Translations under genes and position numbers: made by a program | Source of the DNA: Bacilli bacterium | GTDB lineage: Bacteria; Bacillota_I; Bacilli_A; ML615J-28; CAG-313 | NCBI GenBank assembly: GCA_017411715.1 | Contig: JAFQPO010000009.1 | Location: forward strand, 30,732-94,731 | Reading direction: 5' to 3' | Length of the DNA stretch: 64,000 nt | The notes under the pieces: model-generated | What the model was told of the DNA's origin: nothing | The model's input: the letters and a program-made list of their open reading frames with translations, nothing else | Database searches by the model: none | In this document: positions 1-9,330 of the stretch, piece by piece | Layout: every line of letters begins with the position of its first letter | How positions within the stretch are numbered: position 1 is the first letter of the stretch

Positions 1-127
1 ATTCTTCTACTTTACTTGCATATTCATCAGCGGCTTCTACTTTTTCATATGGTTTTGTGAAAAAGAATGATCCAGTTAAAACAGCAAGTAAAACTAACGT
101 TGATAATTTTAAAATAAATTTTTTCAT
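1..127 (-). CDS. 5' part of an exported protein; runs off the window edge
   Basis: Not in the ORF track. ATG at 127 after an AAAGGA RBS reads MKKFILKLSTLVLLAVLTGSFFFTKPYEKVEAADEY..., a signal-peptide-like N-terminus, open to position 1. Confidence 0.7.
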   Translation of the reverse strand, partial: MKKFILKLSTLVLLAVLTGSFFFTKPYEKVEAADEYASKVEE

Positions 128-214
128 TTTCTCTTTCCTTTCTTTTATTTACCTTTCATTAATGCTAGAAAAAAATATATTATAAATGCTACAACACATA
201 AAGCTATAATCATC

Positions 215-1111
215 TTAGTTTTCCATTTTTTTCTTTAAGTTTAAAAAATTCTTGTAACATATTTTTTCAATATCTTCATCTTGATAACCGCGAGATTTAA
301 GTTCAGCTACAATAGCTTGACTGTCCGCATGTTTTGTTAAATCATCTAGATTGTCATTTGGTTGATTAGGTTTAGGACTATAATCAATTAAATAATGCAT
401 CATATCAAGTCCTAACATTACATGATCAACATCCATAATTTTAACTAAATATTCAATTTGATCTACTAATCCTTTAATATTTTGTTTTTGAGCATCTCTT
501 GAAACAAAATTTCTAGCAGCTACAGCTCCTACTAATCCGCCAGCACTTCTTAATGCAACTAATTGTTCATCTGTTAAATTACGCATATGAACAGATAAAT
601 TTGCCGCGTTAGAATGTGAAGCAATTAATAGTGGTGGTTTATAATCAATAACATCATAAAAACTCTTTTCATTTAAATGAGAAACATCCACAATCATTTT
701 ATGACTAGCCATATAATCTAAGAATTGTTTGCCAAGTTCTGTTAAACCGCGGTCTGTACTGCCTTTAACACCTGTTGCGAGATGATTTTCTTCATTCCAT
801 GTTAAAGAAGCATGTCTAATTCCCATTTTATATAGTGTATCTAATTCTTCTAGAGTTTTAACATTTCTTAATCCTTCTAAACCGTATACAACATCAAATT
901 GTTCTTTATAAGGTGCATATTCTTCTAAAGCAATTTTATACGCTTCAATCACATCAAAGTCACGACTTGAATATACTACCCAAATTCCACCAGCGACTTC
1001 ACCTTTTTTTAAATCATTTAAATGATACTTTTCAAAAACGTTTTGTTCTCCATTTTTGATGCGTTCATAAAGATTTGAAAAGATGTCACTATGTGTATCA
1101 TATATTTTCAT
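215..1111 (-). CDS. Membrane/renal-type dipeptidase (peptidase M19)
   Basis: DTHSD, GLEG, LTWNEEN, DVSHLN and SHSN metal-binding motifs. Confidence 0.9.
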   Translation of the reverse strand: MKIYDTHSDIFSNLYERIKNGEQNVFEKYHLNDLKKGEVAGGIWVVYSSRDFDVIEAYKIALEEYAPYKEQFDVVYGLEGLRNVKTLEELDTLYKMGIRHASLTWNEENHLATGVKGSTDRGLTELGKQFLDYMASHKMIVDVSHLNEKSFYDVIDYKPPLLIASHSNAANLSVHMRNLTDEQLVALRSAGGLVGAVAARNFVSRDAQKQNIKGLVDQIEYLVKIMDVDHVMLGLDMMHYLIDYSPKPNQPNDNLDDLTKHADSQAIVAELKSRGYQDEDIEKICYKNFLNLKKKMEN

Positions 1112-1235
1112 ATAACCACTTCCTTCATCTTATTATACCACATTTCTTTTTTATTTGGCCATCTTTAACACATAAAAAATATAAAATAAAAGTCGTTTAC
1201 AGTAAAAGTACTATAAGCGACTATTTTTAAATATA

Positions 1236-3824
1236 TTATTTCTTAAACTTAATTACAAATAAAGCAGCAGCTAAACTAGCAATTAGATAATAAGTATAAC
1301 TACCAAAGCTACATCCAGATGGTTGTACACTTGGTTCTTGAACTACATTATTAATAACTACTATATATTCATAAGAAAGTTCAGAATCAATATAATCACC
1401 GCTTGTAGATACAGCTTGTAATTTTAAATGATATTCAGTACCTGGTTCAAATGAATAATTAATAGCAGAATTATTTTGTGCATCTACTGTTTGTAATAAA
1501 GTCCCTGCATTATCATATATATGTAGTTTGTATGCTTCTGCGTTACTTACTTGATTAAAGTTAATTTGTAATGTACTTAAATCAACTGAATTAATTGAAG
1601 GAATATTAAGCTGTTCTTTTTCAACTTCAGCTGTTAAAGTAATAGTTTGTGAATAATATGTATTAGTAAACTCACCATCTTTAACAGTAATCTTAACTAC
1701 AACTTCTTTATCAGGATAATTCAAACCATTCCAAACAGCACTAACTTTACCATTAGCAATTTGATAATTAGAAATATTAAATCTATATGGTCCTTCTTTA
1801 CCATCGATAGATATATCAATAGAGTAAGTTACTTCATCATTTTGTTCATCAACTGCTTCATCAAAAACAATTGTCATCTTATCGCCTGCAGGTAATTCAG
1901 TTTTATTATCATTAACGACAATATTATTAACAACAGGAGCTGTATTAACTTTGCTCATATCAACATCAAGTTTTTCAATTTGATCTGATAAATGGAAATT
2001 GTTAGAAACAGCTTGTAAATAATAATCATAGTTTTCACTATATCCACCAACTTGAATTGTTACATAATCATTTGCTGATGAAGAGCTCTTAACAATTGTA
2101 TAGCGATGATCAGTATTGTTAGGATCAACAGTTTGACCTTTTTCAACACGATATAAAATATACATACTAGCATCTTCATTCTTTTCAAATCTTGCTTTAA
2201 ACACAAGTCCATTAGAAGAAGCTATATAATTAACATCGCCAACTTTTAAACCACTAGCATCATACTCACCTCTTGGTAGAGGAACAACGCGGTTTTTATT
2301 CCATAAATTGTAGAAGTTAACTCCAATAACTTGTCTTTGAGTTTCAGTTCTGAAGTTTAATAAATCACTATAAGCATAAACTGCAGAACCACTAATATTA
2401 TCAAACTTAGTATTGAACTTTAATTGATATACCATTTCGTTGTAATCTTTGAAACGAGTAGTAGATTCATCTTTAGCATGATAAATACCATGAGCTATAT
2501 ATAATCTAATTGCTTTTTGGTTATTGTTTGCGCGTTGTGTATTTACTTTATCAACAAGTTCACTCCACCATTCAACGATATCAGCATAAGGAGCTTCACG
2601 GTTTGCGAAGTCATAATATACTTGAGGTGCAACCCAATCAACATATCCTTCTTCTACCCAATGTTTTGTATCCGCAAATAAATTATAATTTGAACTATAT
2701 GCGCCACATGCGGTATTAGAACCTTCAGGATGAGTTGATGAATCATTACAATATTCAGAACTTGATTGCCATACTGCGGCAGGTTTAGAACCAAACTCTA
2801 CATATGTGCCGTGTTCTGCATTATATTCGTCAACGAAATCTCTGATGTTTTTCATCATTAAGTTAATACTTTCACGTCTGAAATCACCAAGATTAAGTCC
2901 TGCTTCCATTTCAAAATCACTTGGATTAGCTAAATATCTTCTATATGTTCCTAGGTCATTTAATGTGTTTGCACCTGTTAAAGCTTCATCGTATTCTACA
3001 CCACCAGCGAAATTTAAGTTATGGGTTTGAGAACTATATGTTCCACTACTCTTTGAATTTAAGTAGAAATAGTCATCAAAATGGAAACCATCAATATCAT
3101 AATTAGTAACAAGTTCTTTAATACTATTTACGATATGTTCTCTAACTGCAGGTTCACCTGGATTAAGAATTAGTTTAGTATCATATTCACCAAGCAATAC
3201 ATATTCAGGGTGTTTTTTAGCAAAGTTATTTTCCGCAAGACTATTGATAGCACTTTTTTTAGCTTGAAGTAATTCTTCTGTACTAAAGTCACACGCAAGT
3301 TTATCAGCATCACCAAGAACAGTTCCTTCAGTTACACGATAAGCATTTAACCAACATTGGAAATACATTCCTCTTGCATGTGTTTGTTCAACCATCCATT
3401 CAAGTGGATCCCATCCTGGGTTAACACCAGCACCTGCCATAAATTTACTCCAATCATTATAAATTGATGGATAGAAGGCATCGTTTGTAGGACGTACTTG
3501 GAAAAATATTGTATTCATATTGTATTTTTCAGCTGTATCTAAAACACTTAAGTATTCTGCTTTCCAATCATTGATTGCATTTTCAGAAACACCTTTTTGT
3601 CTTTCAAAATCGTTATTCCAAACTGTAGCAACCCAAACGCCACGCATTTCGTGAACATCTTCTTTATATGTTTTTGGGACATATACAGTATTAGATTTAT
3701 TTAAATAGTGAACTGGAGAACCAAGAATATATAATTGTTCTAATTCACTTTCCGCGTTAACACCTATCATACTTCCTAGTAAGATACACATTAACGCCAT
3801 TACACTAATTACTATTTTTTTCAT
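1236..3824 (-). CDS. Exported glycoside hydrolase-like 10 (GHL10/DUF187, YddW/DigH-like) with C-terminal beta-sandwich domains and membrane anchor
   Basis: Signal peptide; EMRGVWVATVWNND, FFQVRP, WDPLEWMVEQTHARG, DGFHFDDYFY and WVAPQVY motifs; C-terminal GC + hydrophobic stretch + KFKK. Confidence 0.85.
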   Translation of the reverse strand: MKKIVISVMALMCILLGSMIGVNAESELEQLYILGSPVHYLNKSNTVYVPKTYKEDVHEMRGVWVATVWNNDFERQKGVSENAINDWKAEYLSVLDTAEKYNMNTIFFQVRPTNDAFYPSIYNDWSKFMAGAGVNPGWDPLEWMVEQTHARGMYFQCWLNAYRVTEGTVLGDADKLACDFSTEELLQAKKSAINSLAENNFAKKHPEYVLLGEYDTKLILNPGEPAVREHIVNSIKELVTNYDIDGFHFDDYFYLNSKSSGTYSSQTHNLNFAGGVEYDEALTGANTLNDLGTYRRYLANPSDFEMEAGLNLGDFRRESINLMMKNIRDFVDEYNAEHGTYVEFGSKPAAVWQSSSEYCNDSSTHPEGSNTACGAYSSNYNLFADTKHWVEEGYVDWVAPQVYYDFANREAPYADIVEWWSELVDKVNTQRANNNQKAIRLYIAHGIYHAKDESTTRFKDYNEMVYQLKFNTKFDNISGSAVYAYSDLLNFRTETQRQVIGVNFYNLWNKNRVVPLPRGEYDASGLKVGDVNYIASSNGLVFKARFEKNEDASMYILYRVEKGQTVDPNNTDHRYTIVKSSSSANDYVTIQVGGYSENYDYYLQAVSNNFHLSDQIEKLDVDMSKVNTAPVVNNIVVNDNKTELPAGDKMTIVFDEAVDEQNDEVTYSIDISIDGKEGPYRFNISNYQIANGKVSAVWNGLNYPDKEVVVKITVKDGEFTNTYYSQTITLTAEVEKEQLNIPSINSVDLSTLQINFNQVSNAEAYKLHIYDNAGTLLQTVDAQNNSAINYSFEPGTEYHLKLQAVSTSGDYIDSELSYEYIVVINNVVQEPSVQPSGCSFGSYTYYLIASLAAALFVIKFKK

Positions 3825-3834
3825 CTTTCCCCTC

Positions 3835-4527
3835 CTAAAAACTCATCTTTCTGCCAACTTTTTGGCGATCATATACAGCAAATGCTTCCGCATACATTGT
3901 CTTATTAAGTGCGCCACGACAACGAGCCAGTGATGTATAATAATCATAATATTTAAAATCTTTACTATTCATAACAAACCATTGTGTTTGAAGTGCTTTA
4001 CACCAAAGATCATATCCTTTGGTAAAGTCAACATAAAATGCTGGCATAAAATCCATATCATCTTCCCAATTTTCACAGAAGTATACAGGAGCATAACATC
4101 TATTGCCTTTAATCTTATCGCATTCAACAACACTTGCTAAAAACTGTGCATCAGGGACAATTAGATGTGTATTATTATGATCTTTATGCATAGTAGAATG
4201 ATAATGAGTTAAAATTACATCAGGTTTAACTTCTCTAATAATATTAGCAACTTGATATCTTACTTCTTCATTATTAGGTAATTCACCATCCGCATATTCT
4301 AATACATATGCTTTACCGCCAACCATTGAAGCAAATGCTTCAGCTTCTTGAATTTTTTGTTTACGATAATCACTAACACTAATACCTGCTGGATTTCCTC
4401 TTTCACCAGCTGTTAAAGCAAGTGTATAGTTTTTACCACCATCAAGGTAATTAGCAGCCATAACTCCGCCAGCTGTTAATTCCATATCACCAATATGGCC
4501 ACCAATAGCCAAAATAGTTTTCGCCAT
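3835..4527 (-). CDS. PIG-L/LmbE family deacetylase
   Basis: HxxD-type motif (HIGD), LTAGERG, R..EA, KPDVILTH, HKDH and a terminal AEAF. Confidence 0.85.
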   Translation of the reverse strand: MAKTILAIGGHIGDMELTAGGVMAANYLDGGKNYTLALTAGERGNPAGISVSDYRKQKIQEAEAFASMVGGKAYVLEYADGELPNNEEVRYQVANIIREVKPDVILTHYHSTMHKDHNNTHLIVPDAQFLASVVECDKIKGNRCYAPVYFCENWEDDMDFMPAFYVDFTKGYDLWCKALQTQWFVMNSKDFKYYDYYTSLARCRGALNKTMYAEAFAVYDRQKVGRKMSF

Positions 4528-4528
4528 A

Positions 4529-5515
4529 TTATTTAAGTTCCTTTCTCATTACAGCGAAACTTTGAATAATTTTATGACCTGCATACATATAAATATATCT
4601 AGCAGGATTATCAAGACCTGTAAAGAAAGTCATAAAACTTGAACCATTTTTCTTAGAGTAATCACCTAAAGAGCAGAATAAAATCTTACCAAGGCCTCCA
4701 CCTCTAACATCTGGGTCAACAATAATACCATCAAAATGAGCTCTGCCAGATGGTTCAGTATACATAGCGCCTGTCCATCCTACAACTTTACCATTTTCAG
4801 ATACTACTAAGAATGGATTAGGTTTTTCTTTAGAAAGATTGTAACGAATTGATCTAGCAAATCCAGTAGGACCAATTTTTTCACAGAATTCTTCAATACC
4901 ATAATGAATATTTGGATCATATAATTCAATTTTATATCCACGTTTTTCGTTTTCTGCTAGTTTTGCTTTAACAGCTTCAGGCATTTCATATTTAGCAAGA
5001 TCTAAATGGAATGCATCTTGTTGACCTTGAACATGATATCCATTAGCCATTAATAAGAAGTATTCAGGACTATTAAAAGGAATAGCAGGGTTTCCTGGAT
5101 GATCATGATGATCAGTATTAGGAATGTACCAAGGCCAGTTTACTGGGCTATAGAATACACAGCGAACTGCTTTACGATTACATTTAACAAAATATTCTTC
5201 AACTTCTTTTAATAATTTAGAACCAATACCTTGTCTTTGGTATTCTTTTTTAACAATAATTGTATTAAAATATCCAGGTGCATCAGGATTTTCAAAATCT
5301 TCATTTCTTACCATCCCTACAGCAAAGCCAATCACTTCTTCACCATCAAGGGCAACAAATGCGCCTTCAGATTTAAAATGAGGATTTTTAAATAAGAAAT
5401 GATCGTATCCTTCAAATGTAAATTGTTTATAAAAATCTCTTTCAGAAACTACTTCGTTCCATAATTTCCAAACTTTTTGGCTGTGTAATTCGTAATTAAA
5501 ATTAATTATTTGCAT
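4529..5515 (-). CDS. Tandem GNAT acetyltransferase
   Basis: Two acetyl-CoA loops: VKKEYQRQGIGSKLL and VDPDVRGGGLGKIL. Confidence 0.85.
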   Translation of the reverse strand: MQIINFNYELHSQKVWKLWNEVVSERDFYKQFTFEGYDHFLFKNPHFKSEGAFVALDGEEVIGFAVGMVRNEDFENPDAPGYFNTIIVKKEYQRQGIGSKLLKEVEEYFVKCNRKAVRCVFYSPVNWPWYIPNTDHHDHPGNPAIPFNSPEYFLLMANGYHVQGQQDAFHLDLAKYEMPEAVKAKLAENEKRGYKIELYDPNIHYGIEEFCEKIGPTGFARSIRYNLSKEKPNPFLVVSENGKVVGWTGAMYTEPSGRAHFDGIIVDPDVRGGGLGKILFCSLGDYSKKNGSSFMTFFTGLDNPARYIYMYAGHKIIQSFAVMRKELK

Positions 5516-6617
5516 GTTCTTTAAGTTCCTTTCTTAATTCATTTAAATGTGCCATTACAAAATTGGCTATTCTTGCACGATATTCCATGTGTAATCCATT
5601 CCCTCTTTTTGGGTGAACTCTATTAGTTAAAATACAAAGGCCAACATTATTCTTTCGGTCCATCCATAAAGAAGTACCTGTAAAACCTGTATGCATAATT
5701 GTATCATCTATACTAACTAAATCTCCAGCCGGAGTACTTTTACCTTGAATTATCCAACCTAATCCACGTCTTTCTTTGTTGTGAATTAAGTCATCATGAG
5801 TTTCAACTTGGACTTCAAATAATTTATCAACAGTAGCTTCAGATAAGATTTTATTAATATATGTTCCTCTATGTAGAATCATTTTAATAAAATTAACCAT
5901 ATCTTTAGCATTTGAGAAAAGTCCCGCATGTCCTGATACTCCACCCATAATATAAGATGCTTCATCATGAACATCTCCTCTAACTAAACCACGGTATGTT
6001 TCATCATCTCTGAATTCAGTAGGCGCAATCTCACTAACATCTGCGAAGCTCTTTGGTAGAAAACCAGTTCTTTTCATCTCTAACTTTGAAAAAATATTTT
6101 CTTTAACATATTGATCTAAAGTCATGCCACTTTTAGCTTCAACTATTAAACCTAACAATATATAGTTTAAATCAGAATAGCTAATAATTTTGTTTGGTTC
6201 ATATTTTAAATCATAACTAAATAATTTATCTAATGCTTCTTCTTTTGATTTAATAGAAGTAACTTTTGATAAACCTTCTTGAAGACCAGAAGTATGTGTC
6301 ATCAAATCGAAAATAGTTAAATTTTCATGTTTAAATCGAGGAAGAATAGTTGATACTTTTGTATGCAATCTAAACTTACCTTGTTCTAAAAGTTGTAAAA
6401 CTGCAGTTGTTGTAGCGACAACTTTTGTTAAAGAAGCCATATCATAAATTGTATCTAAGCTATTTTCTTCTTCCGGGAATAAACTTCTTTTACCAAGCAC
6501 ATCAGTATATGAATAATCATCAATTACAAGCGCATAAGTAGCACCCGGAAAAGCTCCTTCGTTAATTGCTTCTAATAATATTTCATTTAGTTTTTCTAAA
6601 TATGACACACTCATCAT
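5502..6617 (-). CDS. Serine hydrolase, beta-lactamase/AmiE-like family
   Basis: SxxK (ASLTK), LMTHTSG, YSDLNY, GHAGLFS, HTGFTG and LTNRVHP. No signal peptide. The true start may be the GTG at 6608. Confidence 0.88.
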   Translation of the reverse strand: MMSVSYLEKLNEILLEAINEGAFPGATYALVIDDYSYTDVLGKRSLFPEEENSLDTIYDMASLTKVVATTTAVLQLLEQGKFRLHTKVSTILPRFKHENLTIFDLMTHTSGLQEGLSKVTSIKSKEEALDKLFSYDLKYEPNKIISYSDLNYILLGLIVEAKSGMTLDQYVKENIFSKLEMKRTGFLPKSFADVSEIAPTEFRDDETYRGLVRGDVHDEASYIMGGVSGHAGLFSNAKDMVNFIKMILHRGTYINKILSEATVDKLFEVQVETHDDLIHNKERRGLGWIIQGKSTPAGDLVSIDDTIMHTGFTGTSLWMDRKNNVGLCILTNRVHPKRGNGLHMEYRARIANFVMAHLNELRKELKEHANN

Positions 6618-6692
6618 CTCCTGTATTTATTATACCAAAAAAATGTAGAAATGTAAACAATTTAGTAATATAAAAATAGTTAATAACGATCA

Positions 6693-7229
6693 TTATTCAC
6701 AATCACTATTAACTATTTGTTTTGCTTTTTGGCATATGACCACTGAATTAGGTAATATATCTTCTACTACAATGCTACCTGCACCTATTTTAGTATTATC
6801 ACCTATACAAACATTACCTAAGATAATACTGCCTGCACCTATTAAAACATTATTACCAATAGTTGGATGCCTTTTAATAAGCGATATATCTTTTGATCCA
6901 ATCGTAACACCATGATAAATAATACAGTCATCACCAATGATTGAAGTAGCACCTATCACTATTCCAAGTGCATGATCAATAAATAGTCTTTTGCCAATAA
7001 AACACGCCGGATGTATTTCAGCACAATATTTCTTTTTAGCAATTTGGGAGATTATTCTAGCTACAAACTTTAATTTTTTGTAATATAAAAAGTGTGCAAT
7101 TCTATAATACCATATCAATTTAATACCATCACAAAAGAATAAAACATCAAAAATATTTTTAACGGTCGGATCTTTTGATTTGACCCATTTTAAATACTTA
7201 AACATATTTATGATATCCATCCGTTCCAA
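6693..7229 (-). CDS. cysE: Serine O-acetyltransferase (short, divergent)
   Basis: EIHPA..IG...FIDH, GVTIG, RHPTIGNNVLIGAG hexapeptide repeats; adjacent to a cysK-like gene. Start uncertain. Confidence 0.8.
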   Translation of the reverse strand: MERMDIINMFKYLKWVKSKDPTVKNIFDVLFFCDGIKLIWYYRIAHFLYYKKLKFVARIISQIAKKKYCAEIHPACFIGKRLFIDHALGIVIGATSIIGDDCIIYHGVTIGSKDISLIKRHPTIGNNVLIGAGSIILGNVCIGDNTKIGAGSIVVEDILPNSVVICQKAKQIVNSDCE

Positions 7230-7980
7230 TAATCAAAATCTTTAAATTACAATCTAGTTTTAATGCTTCTAATAAACTTGCACAAGTGGAAAAACCAAGT
7301 GGATATTTTAATAATTCTTCAATATATTTATTATACACATCTAAATAACAATATTCTTTAATAATAGTATCTTCAGGTAATGATTTAATTATTTTAGTAT
7401 TTAAATCTCTAGATAAACCATATATCTTATCAACCGGTTTAATGCCAATAAATTTTGTCTTTGGTTTAAATAAACCATATATTTTAGTAAGTGATTTTAA
7501 AGTTGCGCCTGTACCAATACCACAAATAATATAATCAAAATCTATTTTTTCTTTTAATAATTCTACCGATAAATCATAATACGCTGCAACACTTAATTCG
7601 TTATTAAACTGATCAAAATAATATATATCATTATCTTTGGCTAAATACAAAGCATAAGAAATAGCTAATGATAATGTATCAAATATATATAACTTAGCAC
7701 CCAAAAGTTCTAAAATTTTCTTGCTAAACTCACTTAAATTCACACTACATATTATTATTTGATATCCACATTTATAATAATTATTATACATTAATAAACT
7801 TATAGCCATATTGCCACTACTAACACAAACTATTTTTTTATAATTAAAATTAGCCAAATAACTAAATAGTAATTTAGATATCCTATCTTTAATTGACCCA
7901 CTTAAATTATCTTGTTCAAGTTTAATATATATATTATCACTGTATTGTAAAAGCTTAGTGTCAGAAATTAATTCATTCAA
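7198..7980 (-). CDS. cysK: Cysteine synthase family PLP enzyme (short, divergent)
   Basis: YIKLE..N.SGSIKDR (PLP Lys), SSGN, QFNN and GIGTGAT. Only 260 aa, TTG start. Confidence 0.7.
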   Translation of the reverse strand: MNELISDTKLLQYSDNIYIKLEQDNLSGSIKDRISKLLFSYLANFNYKKIVCVSSGNMAISLLMYNNYYKCGYQIIICSVNLSEFSKKILELLGAKLYIFDTLSLAISYALYLAKDNDIYYFDQFNNELSVAAYYDLSVELLKEKIDFDYIICGIGTGATLKSLTKIYGLFKPKTKFIGIKPVDKIYGLSRDLNTKIIKSLPEDTIIKEYCYLDVYNKYIEELLKYPLGFSTCASLLEALKLDCNLKILIIGTDGYHKYV

Positions 7981-7998
7981 TTTATCAAATCCTTAAAA

Positions 7999-8062
7999 AA
8001 AGTACCACACTTTCGTGTAGTACATTATAATAAAGTACCACACTTTCGTGTAGTACATTATA
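7999..8062. repeat. Perfect 31-bp direct repeat, 2 copies, period 33; each copy contains the tyrS terminator hairpin
   Basis: AAAGTACCACACTTTCGTGTAGTACATTATA at 7999-8029 and 8032-8062. Minus-strand hairpin GTACTACAC-GAAA-GTGTGGTAC, with a T-run after the distal copy. Confidence 0.95.
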
Positions 8063-8064
8063 TG

Positions 8065-9297
8065 TTAGAATTCTAATAAATAGTAATTTTTCTTACCACG
8101 TCTAATGATAATATATTTATTACCTAATGCTTCTTCTTTTGTCAATACTTTTTCAAGTGATTTTTCTTGAACACCATTAATTGATACAGCGCCATTATTA
8201 ATGAATTCTCTAGCTTCACGTTTTGATGAAGCTGCTTTAACAGCCATAACCGCATCAATAATATTGATATCACCTTCAACTACTACTTTAGTAACACCAT
8301 CAAAGCCCATTTCAATTTCTTCTTTTGTTAAGCTTCCAACACGTCCACTGAATAATGCTTCTGTTAGATTAATAGCTTTTTGGCAAGATTCTTCACCATG
8401 GATTAATGTAGTAACTTCTTTAGCTAATGCTTTTTGAGCTTTGCGTAAATGAGGTTCTTTACTAAATGATTCTTCTAATTCTTGGATTTCTTCTACTGAT
8501 AGGAATGTAAATTGTTTTAATCTCTTAATTACATCACTATCTGGTGTGTTAATCCAGAATTGATAGAATGCATATGGAGTAGTTTTATTTTCATCTAGCC
8601 ATACAGCACCTGATTCACTTTTACCAAATTTAGTACCATCACTTTTTAAAACTAGTGGTACTGTAACACCATAAGCTTCTGTTTGTTCACCTTCGTGCAT
8701 TTTTCTAATTAATTCAAGTCCACCTGTAATATTACCCCATTGGTCTTGTCCACCAATTTGTAATTTACAACCTTTATGTGAATATAAATATTCAAAGTCT
8801 AAAGCTTGTAGAATTTGATATGAGAATTCGGCATATGAAATACCAGAATCAAGTCTTGCTTTAACAGTTTCTTTGTTAATCATATAATTAACATTAAAGA
8901 ATTTACCATATGTTCTTAAGAAAGTTAAAATATCTAAACATGAAGTCCAATCATAGTTATTTACCATTTCACAGTTAAATAATCTTAGTACTTGTTCATG
9001 TAAGCATTTAGCGTTATGAAGAGTAGTTTCTTTCGAAAGTAATTGTCTTTCAGAACCAGGTTTAGGATCACCAATAGAACCTGTTGCGCCACCAATTAAG
9101 AAAATTGGTTTATTACCAGCCATTTCTAAACGTTTAGCAAAAAGGTAAACAAGTAAATGACCGACATGTAAACTATCTCCAGTAGGGTCAGCACCTAAGT
9201 AGAATGTTAGTTCTCCATTATTCATTTTTTCAATTACGGCATCATCTGTAACAGAGTGGATTAATCCACGCCATACTAATTCATCATAAAGTTTCAT
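8065..9297 (-). CDS. tyrS: Tyrosine--tRNA ligase
   Basis: DPTGDSLHVGH (HIGH), QIGGQDQWGNI, KFGKS and a C-terminal S4-like domain. Confidence 0.98.
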   Translation of the reverse strand: MKLYDELVWRGLIHSVTDDAVIEKMNNGELTFYLGADPTGDSLHVGHLLVYLFAKRLEMAGNKPIFLIGGATGSIGDPKPGSERQLLSKETTLHNAKCLHEQVLRLFNCEMVNNYDWTSCLDILTFLRTYGKFFNVNYMINKETVKARLDSGISYAEFSYQILQALDFEYLYSHKGCKLQIGGQDQWGNITGGLELIRKMHEGEQTEAYGVTVPLVLKSDGTKFGKSESGAVWLDENKTTPYAFYQFWINTPDSDVIKRLKQFTFLSVEEIQELEESFSKEPHLRKAQKALAKEVTTLIHGEESCQKAINLTEALFSGRVGSLTKEEIEMGFDGVTKVVVEGDINIIDAVMAVKAASSKREAREFINNGAVSINGVQEKSLEKVLTKEEALGNKYIIIRRGKKNYYLLEF

Positions 9298-9330
9298 ATT
9301 ATCATCTTCCTAGTATTTATTATAAATTTA

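Noticed and set aside
5502-6617. Beta-lactam resistance gene
   Set aside because: No signal peptide; motifs and context fit the cytoplasmic esterase/amidase branch.
7999-8062. 31-bp palindromic repeat as a CRISPR array
   Set aside because: Only two copies separated by 2 nt, with no spacer and no cas genes; explained as a duplicated terminator.
9298-9330. T-box leader for tyrS
   Set aside because: Only 33 nt separate ccpA and tyrS, too little for a T-box, and no motif is present.
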